Shown one piece after another: positions 6,612 through 15,633 of a DNA stretch of 39,225 bases. The stretch is from an uncultured bacterium. Lineage in GTDB: Bacteria; Patescibacteriota; Minisyncoccia; Phycocordibacterales; PALSA-1337. Where the stretch lies: positions 1 to 39,225 of the forward strand of contig CAILTI010000029.1 of assembly GCA_903837075.1 (NCBI GenBank), in the 5' to 3' direction. Below the pieces are notes generated by a model that was not told the origin of the DNA, searched no databases, and was given only the letters and a program-made list of their open reading frames with translations. Numbering within the stretch: the first letter of the stretch is position 1; each line of letters begins with the position of its first letter. A program made the position numbers and the translations under genes.

Positions 6612-8453
6612 GTGTCATATATCGTCCGACAGCCATTATCAGAAAAGGAACGAGCGAAACTCGGGGCTTTTTCGCCGTTGTTGGCGCACCTCTTGTTTCA
6701 TCGTGGAATAGTTGGAGGGGAAGAGGCGGAGCGGTTCATCTCGCCAAATTATGAGAATGGTACACATGATCCATTCCTATTGAAAGATGCGGAAAAAGCA
6801 GCGATCAGGGTGATCAGTGCCATAGATAAAGGTGAAAGGATCGCTATATATTCTGATTATGATGCGGACGGTATCCCTGGTGCGGCTATTTTCAATGATT
6901 TCTTCCAGAGAATTGGTTACAAGAATTATTCGGTTTACATTCCTCATAGGCACGATGAAGGTTTCGGAGTGAATGCTGAGGCAGTGGAATTGTTGGCTAG
7001 CGAAGGGGTTAAACTCATGATCACTATAGACTGCGGGATCACAGATGTTGAGCCGATCAAGTTGGCTAGAGAAAAGGGGATCGATGTCATCATCACTGAC
7101 CACCATGAAGCGCCGGTACAGCTGCCAGAAGCCTACGCGATCATCGATCACAAGCAGGTAGGTTGCATGTATCCAGACAAGAATCTATGCGGCTCCGGTG
7201 TGGCATACAAGCTGATCCAGGCGATCTTGAAGAAAGATAGATTTGGTCTCAAGGATGGAATGGAAAAATGGTTGCTCGATCTGGTCGGCATCGCTACGAT
7301 GTCAGATATGGTGCCGCTCATGGGGGAGAATCGTATCTTTGCTCACTACGGTTTGGCTGTTCTACGCAAAAGTCCGAGAAAAGGCATCATGCAGTTGCTG
7401 CGCAAGCTCGGTATCAACCAGCGCCACCTCACCGAAGATGACATTGCTTTTATGATAACGCCGCGTATCAATGCCGCTTCCAGGATGGGGGTGCCCATGG
7501 ATGCATTCAAGTTATTGGCGGCAGATAATGATGATGATGCTTATACGGCGGCCAATCATCTGGATAAGATCAATAACGAGAGGAAGGGGGTGGTCGCTTC
7601 TCTCGTTAAGGAGGTAAAAAAGATATTGCATACGAGATACGCGGAAAATATCCAATATCCCATGCCAGCTGTCATAGTCATGGGCAACCCTGACTGGAGG
7701 CCATCATTGTTGGGTTTGGTGGCGAACTCTGTAGCCGAAGAGTATAGTCGACCAGTTTTCCTCTGGGGCCGCGATGGTGATAATATCATCAAGGGATCGT
7801 GTAGATCTGGAGGCAAGACCGATCTCGTCGCACTCATGCGTGCTGTGCCCGTGGGATCTCTGGGACATTTTGGTGGTCACAAGCAGGCGGGGGGATTTGA
7901 AGTGCATAATGACGCTATTCATTTTCTAGAAAAGCATCTGAATGATGCTCATAAGGCTGTTACAAATTTATCGGCTCACCCTTTTGGGGAGAGTAGTTCC
8001 TCTCCTCCTGCCTGCCGGCAGGCACGGCAAACCTCGCAAGGGGGAATCGTAGAGAAATTCTCTCCCCAAGCGGGTGAAATGAATGTTGCAGCTATTAATG
8101 AAGACATGGTCGACATGGAATTGACATTAGACGAAGTCAGTTATGCATTTCATGATGATCTGAACAAATTGGCACCATTCGGGATGGCCAATCCCAAACC
8201 GATATTTTTATTTAAAAAAGTGTCACCAAGTTCGGTGAGAACATTTGGTAAGACCAACAATCACGTGGAGCTGGTCTTCAAAAAGTCGAATGGAGTGAAA
8301 ATTCCAGCGATCTCATTCTTCGGTGCTGAAAACGAATGGGCCAAGACCGTGCAGGTCGGAAAACCCATCGACCTCGTAGCATCAGTGGAAAAGTCCTTGT
8401 TCAGAGGAAGGGAAGAGCTAAGATTGAGAATTATTGATACAATACAATTATGA
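6612..8453 (+). CDS. recJ: Single-stranded DNA exonuclease RecJ
   Basis: DYDADG, PHRHDEGFG, TIDCG, TDHH, PRINAASR, GSCRS, GGHKQAGG, LAPFGMANPKP; GTG 6612 chosen as start. Confidence 0.95.
   Translation: MSYIVRQPLSEKERAKLGAFSPLLAHLLFHRGIVGGEEAERFISPNYENGTHDPFLLKDAEKAAIRVISAIDKGERIAIYSDYDADGIPGAAIFNDFFQRIGYKNYSVYIPHRHDEGFGVNAEAVELLASEGVKLMITIDCGITDVEPIKLAREKGIDVIITDHHEAPVQLPEAYAIIDHKQVGCMYPDKNLCGSGVAYKLIQAILKKDRFGLKDGMEKWLLDLVGIATMSDMVPLMGENRIFAHYGLAVLRKSPRKGIMQLLRKLGINQRHLTEDDIAFMITPRINAASRMGVPMDAFKLLAADNDDDAYTAANHLDKINNERKGVVASLVKEVKKILHTRYAENIQYPMPAVIVMGNPDWRPSLLGLVANSVAEEYSRPVFLWGRDGDNIIKGSCRSGGKTDLVALMRAVPVGSLGHFGGHKQAGGFEVHNDAIHFLEKHLNDAHKAVTNLSAHPFGESSSSPPACRQARQTSQGGIVEKFSPQAGEMNVAAINEDMVDMELTLDEVSYAFHDDLNKLAPFGMANPKPIFLFKKVSPSSVRTFGKTNNHVELVFKKSNGVKIPAISFFGAENEWAKTVQVGKPIDLVASVEKSLFRGREELRLRIIDTIQL
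7976..8077. repeat. Palindromic element inserted in frame in recJ, with a nested REP-like CCTGCCTGCCGGCAGGC unit
   Basis: Terminal IR TCACCCTTTTGGGGAGAG/CTCTCCCCAAGCGGGTGA (16/18); 102 nt; similar to 25468-25547. Confidence 0.75.
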
Positions 8454-9190
8454 AAAACATTCACACAACGATCTTTACTGACGGGTCTTCACGTGGCAAT
8501 CCAGGTCCGGGAGGATGGGCCAGCGTTATCATTGAAGATTCGAAGATCGATAGCCAAAATGCAGAGGTAATAGTTACGGAGTTGGGTGGACACGAAGCGA
8601 TGACGACGAATAACAGGATGGAACTATCGGCGGCATTGCACGGGATCTCGCACCTACCTGATGGTGCTCAGGCGAAAGTATTGACTGATTCGTCTTATGT
8701 GATCAATGGGATTACAAAATGGATAAATGGCTGGAAGAGAAATGGCCGGAAAACCAAGACGAAAGATGACGTGATGAATCGAGATTTGTGGGAGAAGATC
8801 GATGAGGCGATAGTTGGCAAGAAAATCGAGTGGAAATATGTCGGAGGCCATGTTGGCATCATCGGTAATGAGAGGTGTGACCATATCGCTACGGATCTCG
8901 CGGATGGTAACAAGATAGATCTGTACCATGGACCACTCAGCGGATATGATCTGCCGAATATTCTGGATATTTCATATGATGAAGTCAAAGCGAAATCGAA
9001 GAAATCATCTTCGTCGCATTCACGAGCAGTGGCGTATTCGTACGTCAGTTCTGTCGGAGGAGTGATCGAAACTCACAGGGTGTGGACGGACTGTGAGAAG
9101 AGGGTAAAAGGTATGAAAGGGGCGAAATACAAAAAATCAACCAGTGTCGGAGATGAGGCCAAAATAATATCTGAATTTGAGGCGATCTAG
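8450..9190 (+). CDS. rnhA: Ribonuclease HI with a C-terminal viroplasmin-like hybrid-binding domain
   Basis: FTDGSSRGNPGPGGW, TNNRMEL, TDSSYV, NRDLW, GHVGIIGNERCD; C-terminal WTDCEKRVKG..AKYKK. Confidence 0.92.
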   Translation: MKNIHTTIFTDGSSRGNPGPGGWASVIIEDSKIDSQNAEVIVTELGGHEAMTTNNRMELSAALHGISHLPDGAQAKVLTDSSYVINGITKWINGWKRNGRKTKTKDDVMNRDLWEKIDEAIVGKKIEWKYVGGHVGIIGNERCDHIATDLADGNKIDLYHGPLSGYDLPNILDISYDEVKAKSKKSSSSHSRAVAYSYVSSVGGVIETHRVWTDCEKRVKGMKGAKYKKSTSVGDEAKIISEFEAI

Positions 9191-9365
9191 TAGTGTTCAC
9201 TGATCGGAAATAGCAGATCCCGGTCTTCGAGGTTTGATACAACGGCCATACTAGGCCGTTGTTTTCGACGAGGGTAGGCCGCGATTCTTTATATCTTCTT
9301 TATCATTTCTTCATTGTTTCTTCACCGGATCTTTATCGGACTTTTGATATGTTAAGTGAACATAT

Positions 9366-10832
9366 ATGAAGAAAGGTACATACATATTTTGGAGCATATT
9401 TGTTGCCGCGGCCATTTTTCGTGTCTACCAATCTCTATATGTTATACCTCCATCGATAGGTCCCTGCGTCAAACAGGTAGTTTCCGGTAATGGCACAGTG
9501 ACGGATGAGCCGGAGATCAAGGACACGGGTCAGGTATTGGTTGTCTCGGTCAGTGCATTGTCTGTGACGAGTTCATCTCGTCAGTGTGGAACTGATTTCC
9601 TGATCAGAATGAAAACCAAAAGCTATCCGAGATTTCAATATGGTGACGGGGTTTTCTTCAAGGGGAAATTGCTGAAACCGATGAATTTCGTGAATGGTGA
9701 CGACCCTGGTCGGTCTTTTGATTACGAAGGATATTTGGCAAAGAGTGATATTTTCTATGAAATGAAAAGTGCGGAGGTGCACATATTCGCCGAGCGCACT
9801 GGTCCGAATACGAGCGAGTCATTCCTGGCCACTCTAGCTCATGATATTAACGGGTTGTTGTATTCACTGAAAAGGCATTTTGTGGCAGTTTTAGAGAAAA
9901 CTCTCGGTGAACCACATGCGGCACTGGCGTCAGGACTGGTCGTGGGAGAAAAGTCTGCGTTAGGAGCCGATCTTCTAGCGGATTTTAGAACTGTCGGACT
10001 CATACACATCGTCGTTCTGTCTGGTTACAACATCACGATCGTCGGTGATGCGATGCGTAGATTGCTCATATTTCTACCCCGCATCTGGGGCATATCGATA
10101 GGGGGGATCGGTATCGCGCTGTTCGGTATGCTCGTTGGTGGTGGAGCGACTGTCGTTCGATCATGCTTCATGGCTGGGGTGGCATTGTCTGCAGACATCA
10201 TCCGTCGTGACTATGATGTCACTCGAGCTCTCATCTTTGCGGGACTCATCATGCTCATACAGAGTCCGATGATCTTGTTACATGACCCGTCATTCCAGTT
10301 GTCATTCTTGGCGACTTTGGGGCTCATATTGCTGGCGTCGCCTATCGAGGAGAGATTGACTTTCATTCCTGACAAGTTCGGTGCACGAGGGATCGTCGCG
10401 GCGACGGTAGCCACACAGATATTCGTCTCGCCTTACATACTATATATGATGGGCAATCTCTCTATCGTTGGGATGATAGTAAACATATTGGTTCTTCCAT
10501 TCATCCCGATAACGATGTTGTCGGTATTTTTGACGGGCGCGATCGGGCTGTTCTCTATGCCCATCGCACAGCTTTTCGCCTGGGTGACGCACCTGCTCCT
10601 GTCTTATGAGCTATTCATGGTGCAAACCTTCGCCAAACTACCATTCGCGGCTGTTCATCTGCCCGCATTTTCGAAATGGTGGGTGGTGGGATTCTATGTG
10701 ATATTTTTCGTGGTCTATTTTAGGCGGAATCCGAATATTATTCAGATTATGCGAGGCATCTATGGATATGCGAGTTCAGTGGTCACTCATGTAACATTTA
10801 GAAAATTTCAAAAACTTCCAAAAGAACTTTGA
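9366..10832 (+). CDS. comEC: ComEC/Rec2 competence protein (OB-like plus membrane Competence domain)
   Basis: FDYEGYL, GLIHIVVLSGYN, VVRSCFM, PSFQLSFLAT, many transmembrane segments. Confidence 0.92.
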   Translation: MKKGTYIFWSIFVAAAIFRVYQSLYVIPPSIGPCVKQVVSGNGTVTDEPEIKDTGQVLVVSVSALSVTSSSRQCGTDFLIRMKTKSYPRFQYGDGVFFKGKLLKPMNFVNGDDPGRSFDYEGYLAKSDIFYEMKSAEVHIFAERTGPNTSESFLATLAHDINGLLYSLKRHFVAVLEKTLGEPHAALASGLVVGEKSALGADLLADFRTVGLIHIVVLSGYNITIVGDAMRRLLIFLPRIWGISIGGIGIALFGMLVGGGATVVRSCFMAGVALSADIIRRDYDVTRALIFAGLIMLIQSPMILLHDPSFQLSFLATLGLILLASPIEERLTFIPDKFGARGIVAATVATQIFVSPYILYMMGNLSIVGMIVNILVLPFIPITMLSVFLTGAIGLFSMPIAQLFAWVTHLLLSYELFMVQTFAKLPFAAVHLPAFSKWWVVGFYVIFFVVYFRRNPNIIQIMRGIYGYASSVVTHVTFRKFQKLPKEL

Positions 10833-10947
10833 GATTCTCTGGAGGACGGGCGGCTCACGTTAGTGAGTCGATCCCTCCATACTGCGTATTCGCTTTTGGC
10901 GAACGCTGGCGGCCGACCCGAATTTTCCGCTCTTAGAGAATCTCAAA
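10828..10947. repeat. Multi-hairpin element bounded by a 13-bp inverted repeat
   Basis: TTTGAGATTCTCT/AGAGAATCTCAAA with internal hairpin CGGCTCAC-GTTA-GTGAGTCG; contains the comEC stop codon. Confidence 0.6.
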
Positions 10948-11003
10948 ATGCTCAAGGTACTTCATTTCCGATCAGTCGTATACTATTCGAAAATACTCGA
11001 AGG

Positions 11004-11594
11004 TCAAGGTTTCAATAAGTTTTTTTCTACAACATTCCAATTCAGGTTCGTGAAAAAGTCATCGATATAAGTTTTCTTTCCTGATGGTTGGTAATCATAG
11101 ACAAATGAGTGTTCCCACATGTCGAGTCCGAGTATGAGGGTGCAGTCTTGGAGTTGGCCGAGATGCTGTTCGTCTACCCAGGTATTCAATAGGCGACCAT
11201 CTTTGCGGTCATAGTAGAGCATGGCCCAGCCGATGCCGCGTGTTAGAGCTAGGGCTTTGAATTCATCCAGCCATGCGTCGAACGACCCCCAGGTTTCGGT
11301 GATCGATGTTTTGAGGGCACTATTTTCTGCCAATTGCGCCGGACCACCTTCGAGTGTGGCGAAATATACTTCATGATTGCGCATGCCGTTGTATTCAAAT
11401 CCGAAACGACGACTGATCTCGCTGATAGCATAAGCATTGTTGCCGGCATCCTTTCTGAGTTCTGCGATCTTTTCCACGATGAAGTTGGTATTTTTCACAT
11501 AACCGGCATATAACTTTAGATGCTCCTCGATATTCTTTGCTGAGATTCCTCGGAGTGCGGGAATTTTGAATGATTTTGTTTCAAATGGTTTCAT
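11004..11594 (-). CDS. sod: Fe/Mn superoxide dismutase family protein
   Basis: EEHLKLYAGYV, NHEVYF, WGSFDAW, GIGWA, LDMWEHSF; ATG 11594. Confidence 0.9.
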   Translation of the reverse strand: MKPFETKSFKIPALRGISAKNIEEHLKLYAGYVKNTNFIVEKIAELRKDAGNNAYAISEISRRFGFEYNGMRNHEVYFATLEGGPAQLAENSALKTSITETWGSFDAWLDEFKALALTRGIGWAMLYYDRKDGRLLNTWVDEQHLGQLQDCTLILGLDMWEHSFVYDYQPSGKKTYIDDFFTNLNWNVVEKNLLKP

Positions 11595-11799
11595 AATCGT
11601 TGATTTTTTATATCTGATAAATGGTTCCAACTGCGACCCAGACGCGGTGAGCGTGTATCTAGTATACGTCAACAACACGAATATAGGTGAGGATGATCAG
11701 GATATGTAGCAGTGAAGCCGTGTATGGAGACAAGGGTAGGCCTCGTTTCTGCATTGTTTCTTTATCAGATCTTGATCTGGCTTTTGGTAGTATTCGTAT

Positions 11800-12636
11800 A
11801 TGAAAAGAAAAAGACCATTAACATTCATAGTAGCCATCATTGCCATCACGGTATTGTTCGTAGGGATCAGTGGCTATGTCTGGAAAGAAGGACATCGGCC
11901 AAAAGTATTGGAGATATACATATTCGCCTTGAAGAATGGTCGGTCGATGTTCGTACGTACTCCAGATGACGTGAGAATTCTCATCGACGGTGGTGGAAAT
12001 TCAGATATTGTTCGTGAGATCACAAAGATTTTGCCGTTCTATTCACGACGAGTAGATACCATTTTCGCTACGAACACTGACGGCAAGAATGTAGCAGGAA
12101 TCATCGATGTTGTCAGTCGTTATAAGGTTGTGAATGCATATATGCCTGCTATTTCCACTCAATCTCTCGGACTCGCTAGTTCCACTGACGATATATATGA
12201 GACTTTGATAGAGAAACTGCACATTTCGAACGTGCCGGTCTACAGATTATCAGCCAATGATTCTGTCGATCTCGGGCTCGGTGTGCGGATGAACATACTA
12301 TTTCCGATCTCTATGGAGCAGGCATCCAGCACCAAGTTCAAGTATTCGAAGGCCAGCGCACCAGAACTACTATTCAATATCGAGTATGGTAGGACATTCG
12401 TGAGTTTCCTCGGCAATGCTAGTGTAAAAATCCAAAAATATATATCTGCACACTTGGCAACTTCGACTGATCAGCAGGGAAATGTCCTCATCGTTTCTCA
12501 TGGTGCAGAACCTACAAAGATGTCGCCGGCTCTCCTTCAGAAATTGAAACCAGCAGACTCGATCTATAAAGAAAAAAAGACCATTCATCTGGTCTCTGAC
12601 GGGGTATCTGTGACGCTCACAGGGGAAGTGGACTAA
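11800..12636 (+). CDS. ComEC-type metallo-beta-lactamase-fold protein with degenerate metal site and N-terminal membrane anchor
   Basis: ILIDGG...LPFYSRRVD resembles the ComEC MBL domain; HxxxDH position reads TNTDGKN. Confidence 0.75.
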   Translation: MKRKRPLTFIVAIIAITVLFVGISGYVWKEGHRPKVLEIYIFALKNGRSMFVRTPDDVRILIDGGGNSDIVREITKILPFYSRRVDTIFATNTDGKNVAGIIDVVSRYKVVNAYMPAISTQSLGLASSTDDIYETLIEKLHISNVPVYRLSANDSVDLGLGVRMNILFPISMEQASSTKFKYSKASAPELLFNIEYGRTFVSFLGNASVKIQKYISAHLATSTDQQGNVLIVSHGAEPTKMSPALLQKLKPADSIYKEKKTIHLVSDGVSVTLTGEVD

Positions 12637-12875
12637 ATGAGGCCGGCCTTTTTGAGGGTGGCATAGGCGCCGTTCTTCTCGATGGTGCGGAGGCCGCGTG
12701 TGGATACTTTGATAACGACAGACTTCTTGAGTTCTGGAACGTAGACGCGCTTCTTCTGCATGTTTGGGTACTTTCGGATAGCTCCGCAAGGGTTGTATTG
12801 GGTAGCACGAGTCCTGTTGGAGTATCTACCTCCGACGACTGATGTTTTCTTTGTTATTGCGCATATTTTGGCCAT
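12633..12875 (-). CDS. rpmB: 50S ribosomal protein L28
   Basis: MAKICAITKK...RKYPNMQKKRVYVPEL...VSTRGLRTIEK. Confidence 0.93.
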   Translation of the reverse strand: MAKICAITKKTSVVGGRYSNRTRATQYNPCGAIRKYPNMQKKRVYVPELKKSVVIKVSTRGLRTIEKNGAYATLKKAGLI

Positions 12876-12957
12876 ATGGGTGTTGTGGTGGTATGCTATC
12901 ATAGACAAATGGAAAAGGCAAAATGGAAAGTGGAAAATGACAACTTAAATTAACGCA

Positions 12958-13569
12958 ATGCTAACCGTCCTATTCATCATTATCCTCATATTCTCGGTTA
13001 TCGTCCATGAAGTTTCACATGGATATATGGCTGATCTCCTGGGTGATCCTACAGCCAGACTGCAAGGTAGACTGACGTTAAATCCATTGAAGCATATCGA
13101 CCCTGTCGGTTCTATCATAGTACCGATCATCACATCATTTGCCGGTTTTACCTTTGGTTGGGCAAAACCGGTGGTTTACAATCCATACAACCTGAAGGAT
13201 AGACGGAAAGGGGAGTTCTTGATCGCCGCGGCAGGACCGCTGTCCAATCTATCTCTAGCTATCATTTTTGGGCTGTTGATACGTTATCTAGTTAGCGGAG
13301 CTGGCGTCGTTACTCCGTTTGCAGAGTTTGCTTCATATATAGTGATCATAAATATCGTTTTGGCTGTATTCAATCTAGTCCCTGTACCACCATTAGATGG
13401 ATCGAAATTATTCCTAGCGTTCCTGCCAGATCAATATGGCCAGATACGGATGATCATGGAAAGATATGGACCGATCCTCGTTCTTATCGTTATTCTCTTT
13501 GTTTGGCAGGTTATCTCACCGATAGTGCCGTATTTGTTCCAGTTGATTACAGGAATAAGTATGGGGTAG
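12958..13569 (+). CDS. Site-2 protease family (M50) membrane metalloprotease
   Basis: HEVSHG, GRLTLNPLKHID, AGPLSN, FNLVPVPPLDGSK. Confidence 0.93.
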   Translation: MLTVLFIIILIFSVIVHEVSHGYMADLLGDPTARLQGRLTLNPLKHIDPVGSIIVPIITSFAGFTFGWAKPVVYNPYNLKDRRKGEFLIAAAGPLSNLSLAIIFGLLIRYLVSGAGVVTPFAEFASYIVIINIVLAVFNLVPVPPLDGSKLFLAFLPDQYGQIRMIMERYGPILVLIVILFVWQVISPIVPYLFQLITGISMG

Positions 13570-13851
13570 GGATGTAGAAGGAATAGATTTGTTGGATTAT
13601 GGCGGAATTTATCATTCCGTGTTATGGTGTAACCAATGTCCTAGTCGTATTGGGACACGTTCATTATCAAGGTAAACCGTGAGTAATCGTCTAGGCAGGG
13701 CCACATATGGTCCACTCAAGCCAAAAGCGGTGAAAAATTCAAGGGTTACCACAGAGTTCATAAAGTCTTTTAAGTCTGTAAAGTCCATAAAGTGGGCACA
13801 AAGACTGCGATTGGCTTTATAGACTTTCTAACTTTAGGTACTATATTATCC

Positions 13852-14271
13852 ATGCCTACAATTAACCAGCTTACAAAGAGCAACCGTGCTCGTTTCAAGA
13901 AGAAGTCCAAGTCTATAGCATTGACTCGTACTTTCAACTCGATCCAGAATCGTCCGAGTTTCTTCCCAGCACCATTCAAACGCGGTGTTTGCGTGAAGGT
14001 CACAACAAAGACACCAAAGAAGCCGAACTCAGCTATCCGCAAGATCGCTCGTGTACGTCTCACGAACGGTGTCGAAGTTACAGCATATATCCCAGGTGAG
14101 GGTCACAATCTGCAGGAACACTCAGTCGTATTGCTTCGTGGTGGTCGTGTAAAAGATGTAGGTCTCCGTTATTCAGTCGTTCGTGGTGTCCTAGATGCAG
14201 CAGGAGTAGAGAAGCGTAGAAAAGGTCGCAGTCAATATGGTAATAAACGCCCAAAGGCAGTTAAAGTATAA
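13852..14271 (+). CDS. rpsL: 30S ribosomal protein S12
   Basis: [34 protein letters not shown]. Confidence 0.98.
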   Translation: MPTINQLTKSNRARFKKKSKSIALTRTFNSIQNRPSFFPAPFKRGVCVKVTTKTPKKPNSAIRKIARVRLTNGVEVTAYIPGEGHNLQEHSVVLLRGGRVKDVGLRYSVVRGVLDAAGVEKRRKGRSQYGNKRPKAVKV

Positions 14272-14277
14272 ACTAAC

Positions 14278-14748
14278 ATGAGAAGAAAACTAAACATAAA
14301 AAGAGATCTTAGGCCTGACATCAATTATAATTCATTGAAATTGGGCAAATTTATCAATTATATTATGGAATCTGGCAAAAAGAATGTTGCTCGTTCTATA
14401 GTTGCAGATTGTATGACCCTTATAAAAGAGAAGGCTAAGGTAGAGAACCCACTCGAAGTCTTCGAATTGGCGTTGAAGAATACTACACCAGCTATGGAAG
14501 TACGATCACGTCGTGTTGGTGGAGCGAATTATCAGGTTCCTCGCGAAGTTCGTCCTGAACGAAAACAATCATTATCTATGAAGTGGATTATAGAAGCAGC
14601 GCGAAGTAAGAAAGGCAAACCTATTCATGAGAAATTAGCAGATGAGATCATTGCTGCTTCAAAGAATGAAGGCGAAGCTGTGAAGAAACGTGAGAATGTC
14701 CACAAGATGGCAGAAGCTAACAAAGCTTTCGCTCACTTTGCTTGGTAA
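14278..14748 (+). CDS. rpsG: 30S ribosomal protein S7
   Basis: EVRSRRVGGANYQVP, HKMAEANKAFAHF. Confidence 0.98.
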   Translation: MRRKLNIKRDLRPDINYNSLKLGKFINYIMESGKKNVARSIVADCMTLIKEKAKVENPLEVFELALKNTTPAMEVRSRRVGGANYQVPREVRPERKQSLSMKWIIEAARSKKGKPIHEKLADEIIAASKNEGEAVKKRENVHKMAEANKAFAHFAW

Positions 14749-14835
14749 GTTTGCTCTGTAAAATTATCCCTAACGAAGTCGGGGGGTAATTTAAAGAAAA
14801 ATCCATTCGAGAATACAAGAAATGTCTAGTCAATA

Positions 14836-14863
14836 TTGACTGGGCATTTTTTGGGAGTAAAAT
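14836..14863 (+). promoter_or_regulatory. Promoter of hicBA, probably leaderless
   Basis: TTGACT, 16 nt, TAAAAT; ATG 6 nt further. Confidence 0.6.
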
Positions 14864-14869
14864 AGTGGT

Positions 14870-15106
14870 ATGACAACGAAAAATCAGTTTACAGCTATAT
14901 ATAAAAAGACCAAGGATTGGTTTATTGCATGGATTGAGGAAATCCCTGGTGTAAATACGCAAGGTAAAACTCTCAAGGAAGCCCGTGAAAATCTACAGGA
15001 AGCCCTTTTAATGGTTCTGGAATCAAATCGTGCTTCTTCGCGCACTCAGGTTAGAAAGAACCAAAAGGCTCGTAAAGAACTGATGGAGGTGACTCTTCCA
15101 GCGTAA
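14870..15106 (+). CDS. hicB: HicB family antitoxin (short form)
   Basis: WFIAWIEEIPGVNTQGKTLKEARENLQEAL. Confidence 0.9.
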   Translation: MTTKNQFTAIYKKTKDWFIAWIEEIPGVNTQGKTLKEARENLQEALLMVLESNRASSRTQVRKNQKARKELMEVTLPA

Positions 15107-15110
15107 AATC

Positions 15111-15299
15111 ATGCGTCGTAGCGATCTTGTCCGCCACATTGAGCGGTATCATTGTAGATTAGTTCGTGAAGGAGCTCGGCATTCAATATTTCGTAATACT
15201 ATTTCCGGTAGAACGTCTACAGTGCCAAGACATACCGAGATTGATGATTTTTTAGCAAAGAAGATATGTAAGGATCTCGGTATCCCGAAGAAGTCATAG
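15111..15299 (+). CDS. hicA: HicA family mRNA interferase toxin
   Basis: LVREGARHSIF...TVPRHTEIDDFLAKKICKDLGI. Confidence 0.9.
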   Translation: MRRSDLVRHIERYHCRLVREGARHSIFRNTISGRTSTVPRHTEIDDFLAKKICKDLGIPKKS

Positions 15300-15325
15300 T
15301 TTATTAGTCTAATCAATAAATTATC

Positions 15326-15583
15326 ATGCAAACGCAAACAATCCAAGGACCGATGCACGGTTTAATCCATAAATGGAAAGCCCTCCGCCGCTGTCGCAAA
15401 TGTGATCATTTGATGTTTGTTGTATTTTCAAGCGACGGCACGTATTTTGGAGCACATTACTCTAGTATCTGTACTCAATTTCCAGAGAATGAATCGTGTT
15501 GGACTTGTAATGAATGTTTTGGAGACAAGAAAGAGGCAGATAAGCCGGCCAAGAAGAAAGGGAGGATGGGGTTTAGGATTTGA
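15326..15583 (+). CDS. Small Cys-rich hypothetical protein (possible Zn-binding)
   Basis: CRKC and CWTCNEC motifs; 85 aa. Confidence 0.5.
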   Translation: MQTQTIQGPMHGLIHKWKALRRCRKCDHLMFVVFSSDGTYFGAHYSSICTQFPENESCWTCNECFGDKKEADKPAKKKGRMGFRI

Positions 15584-15633
15584 CGTATGACGCTATTGTA
15601 CAAGTTGAAACTTCTTGTTAAACTTTCTTCATT

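Noticed and set aside
13600-13750. tRNA or known ncRNA upstream of rpsL
   Set aside because: Only small hairpins; no cloverleaf or T-loop consensus
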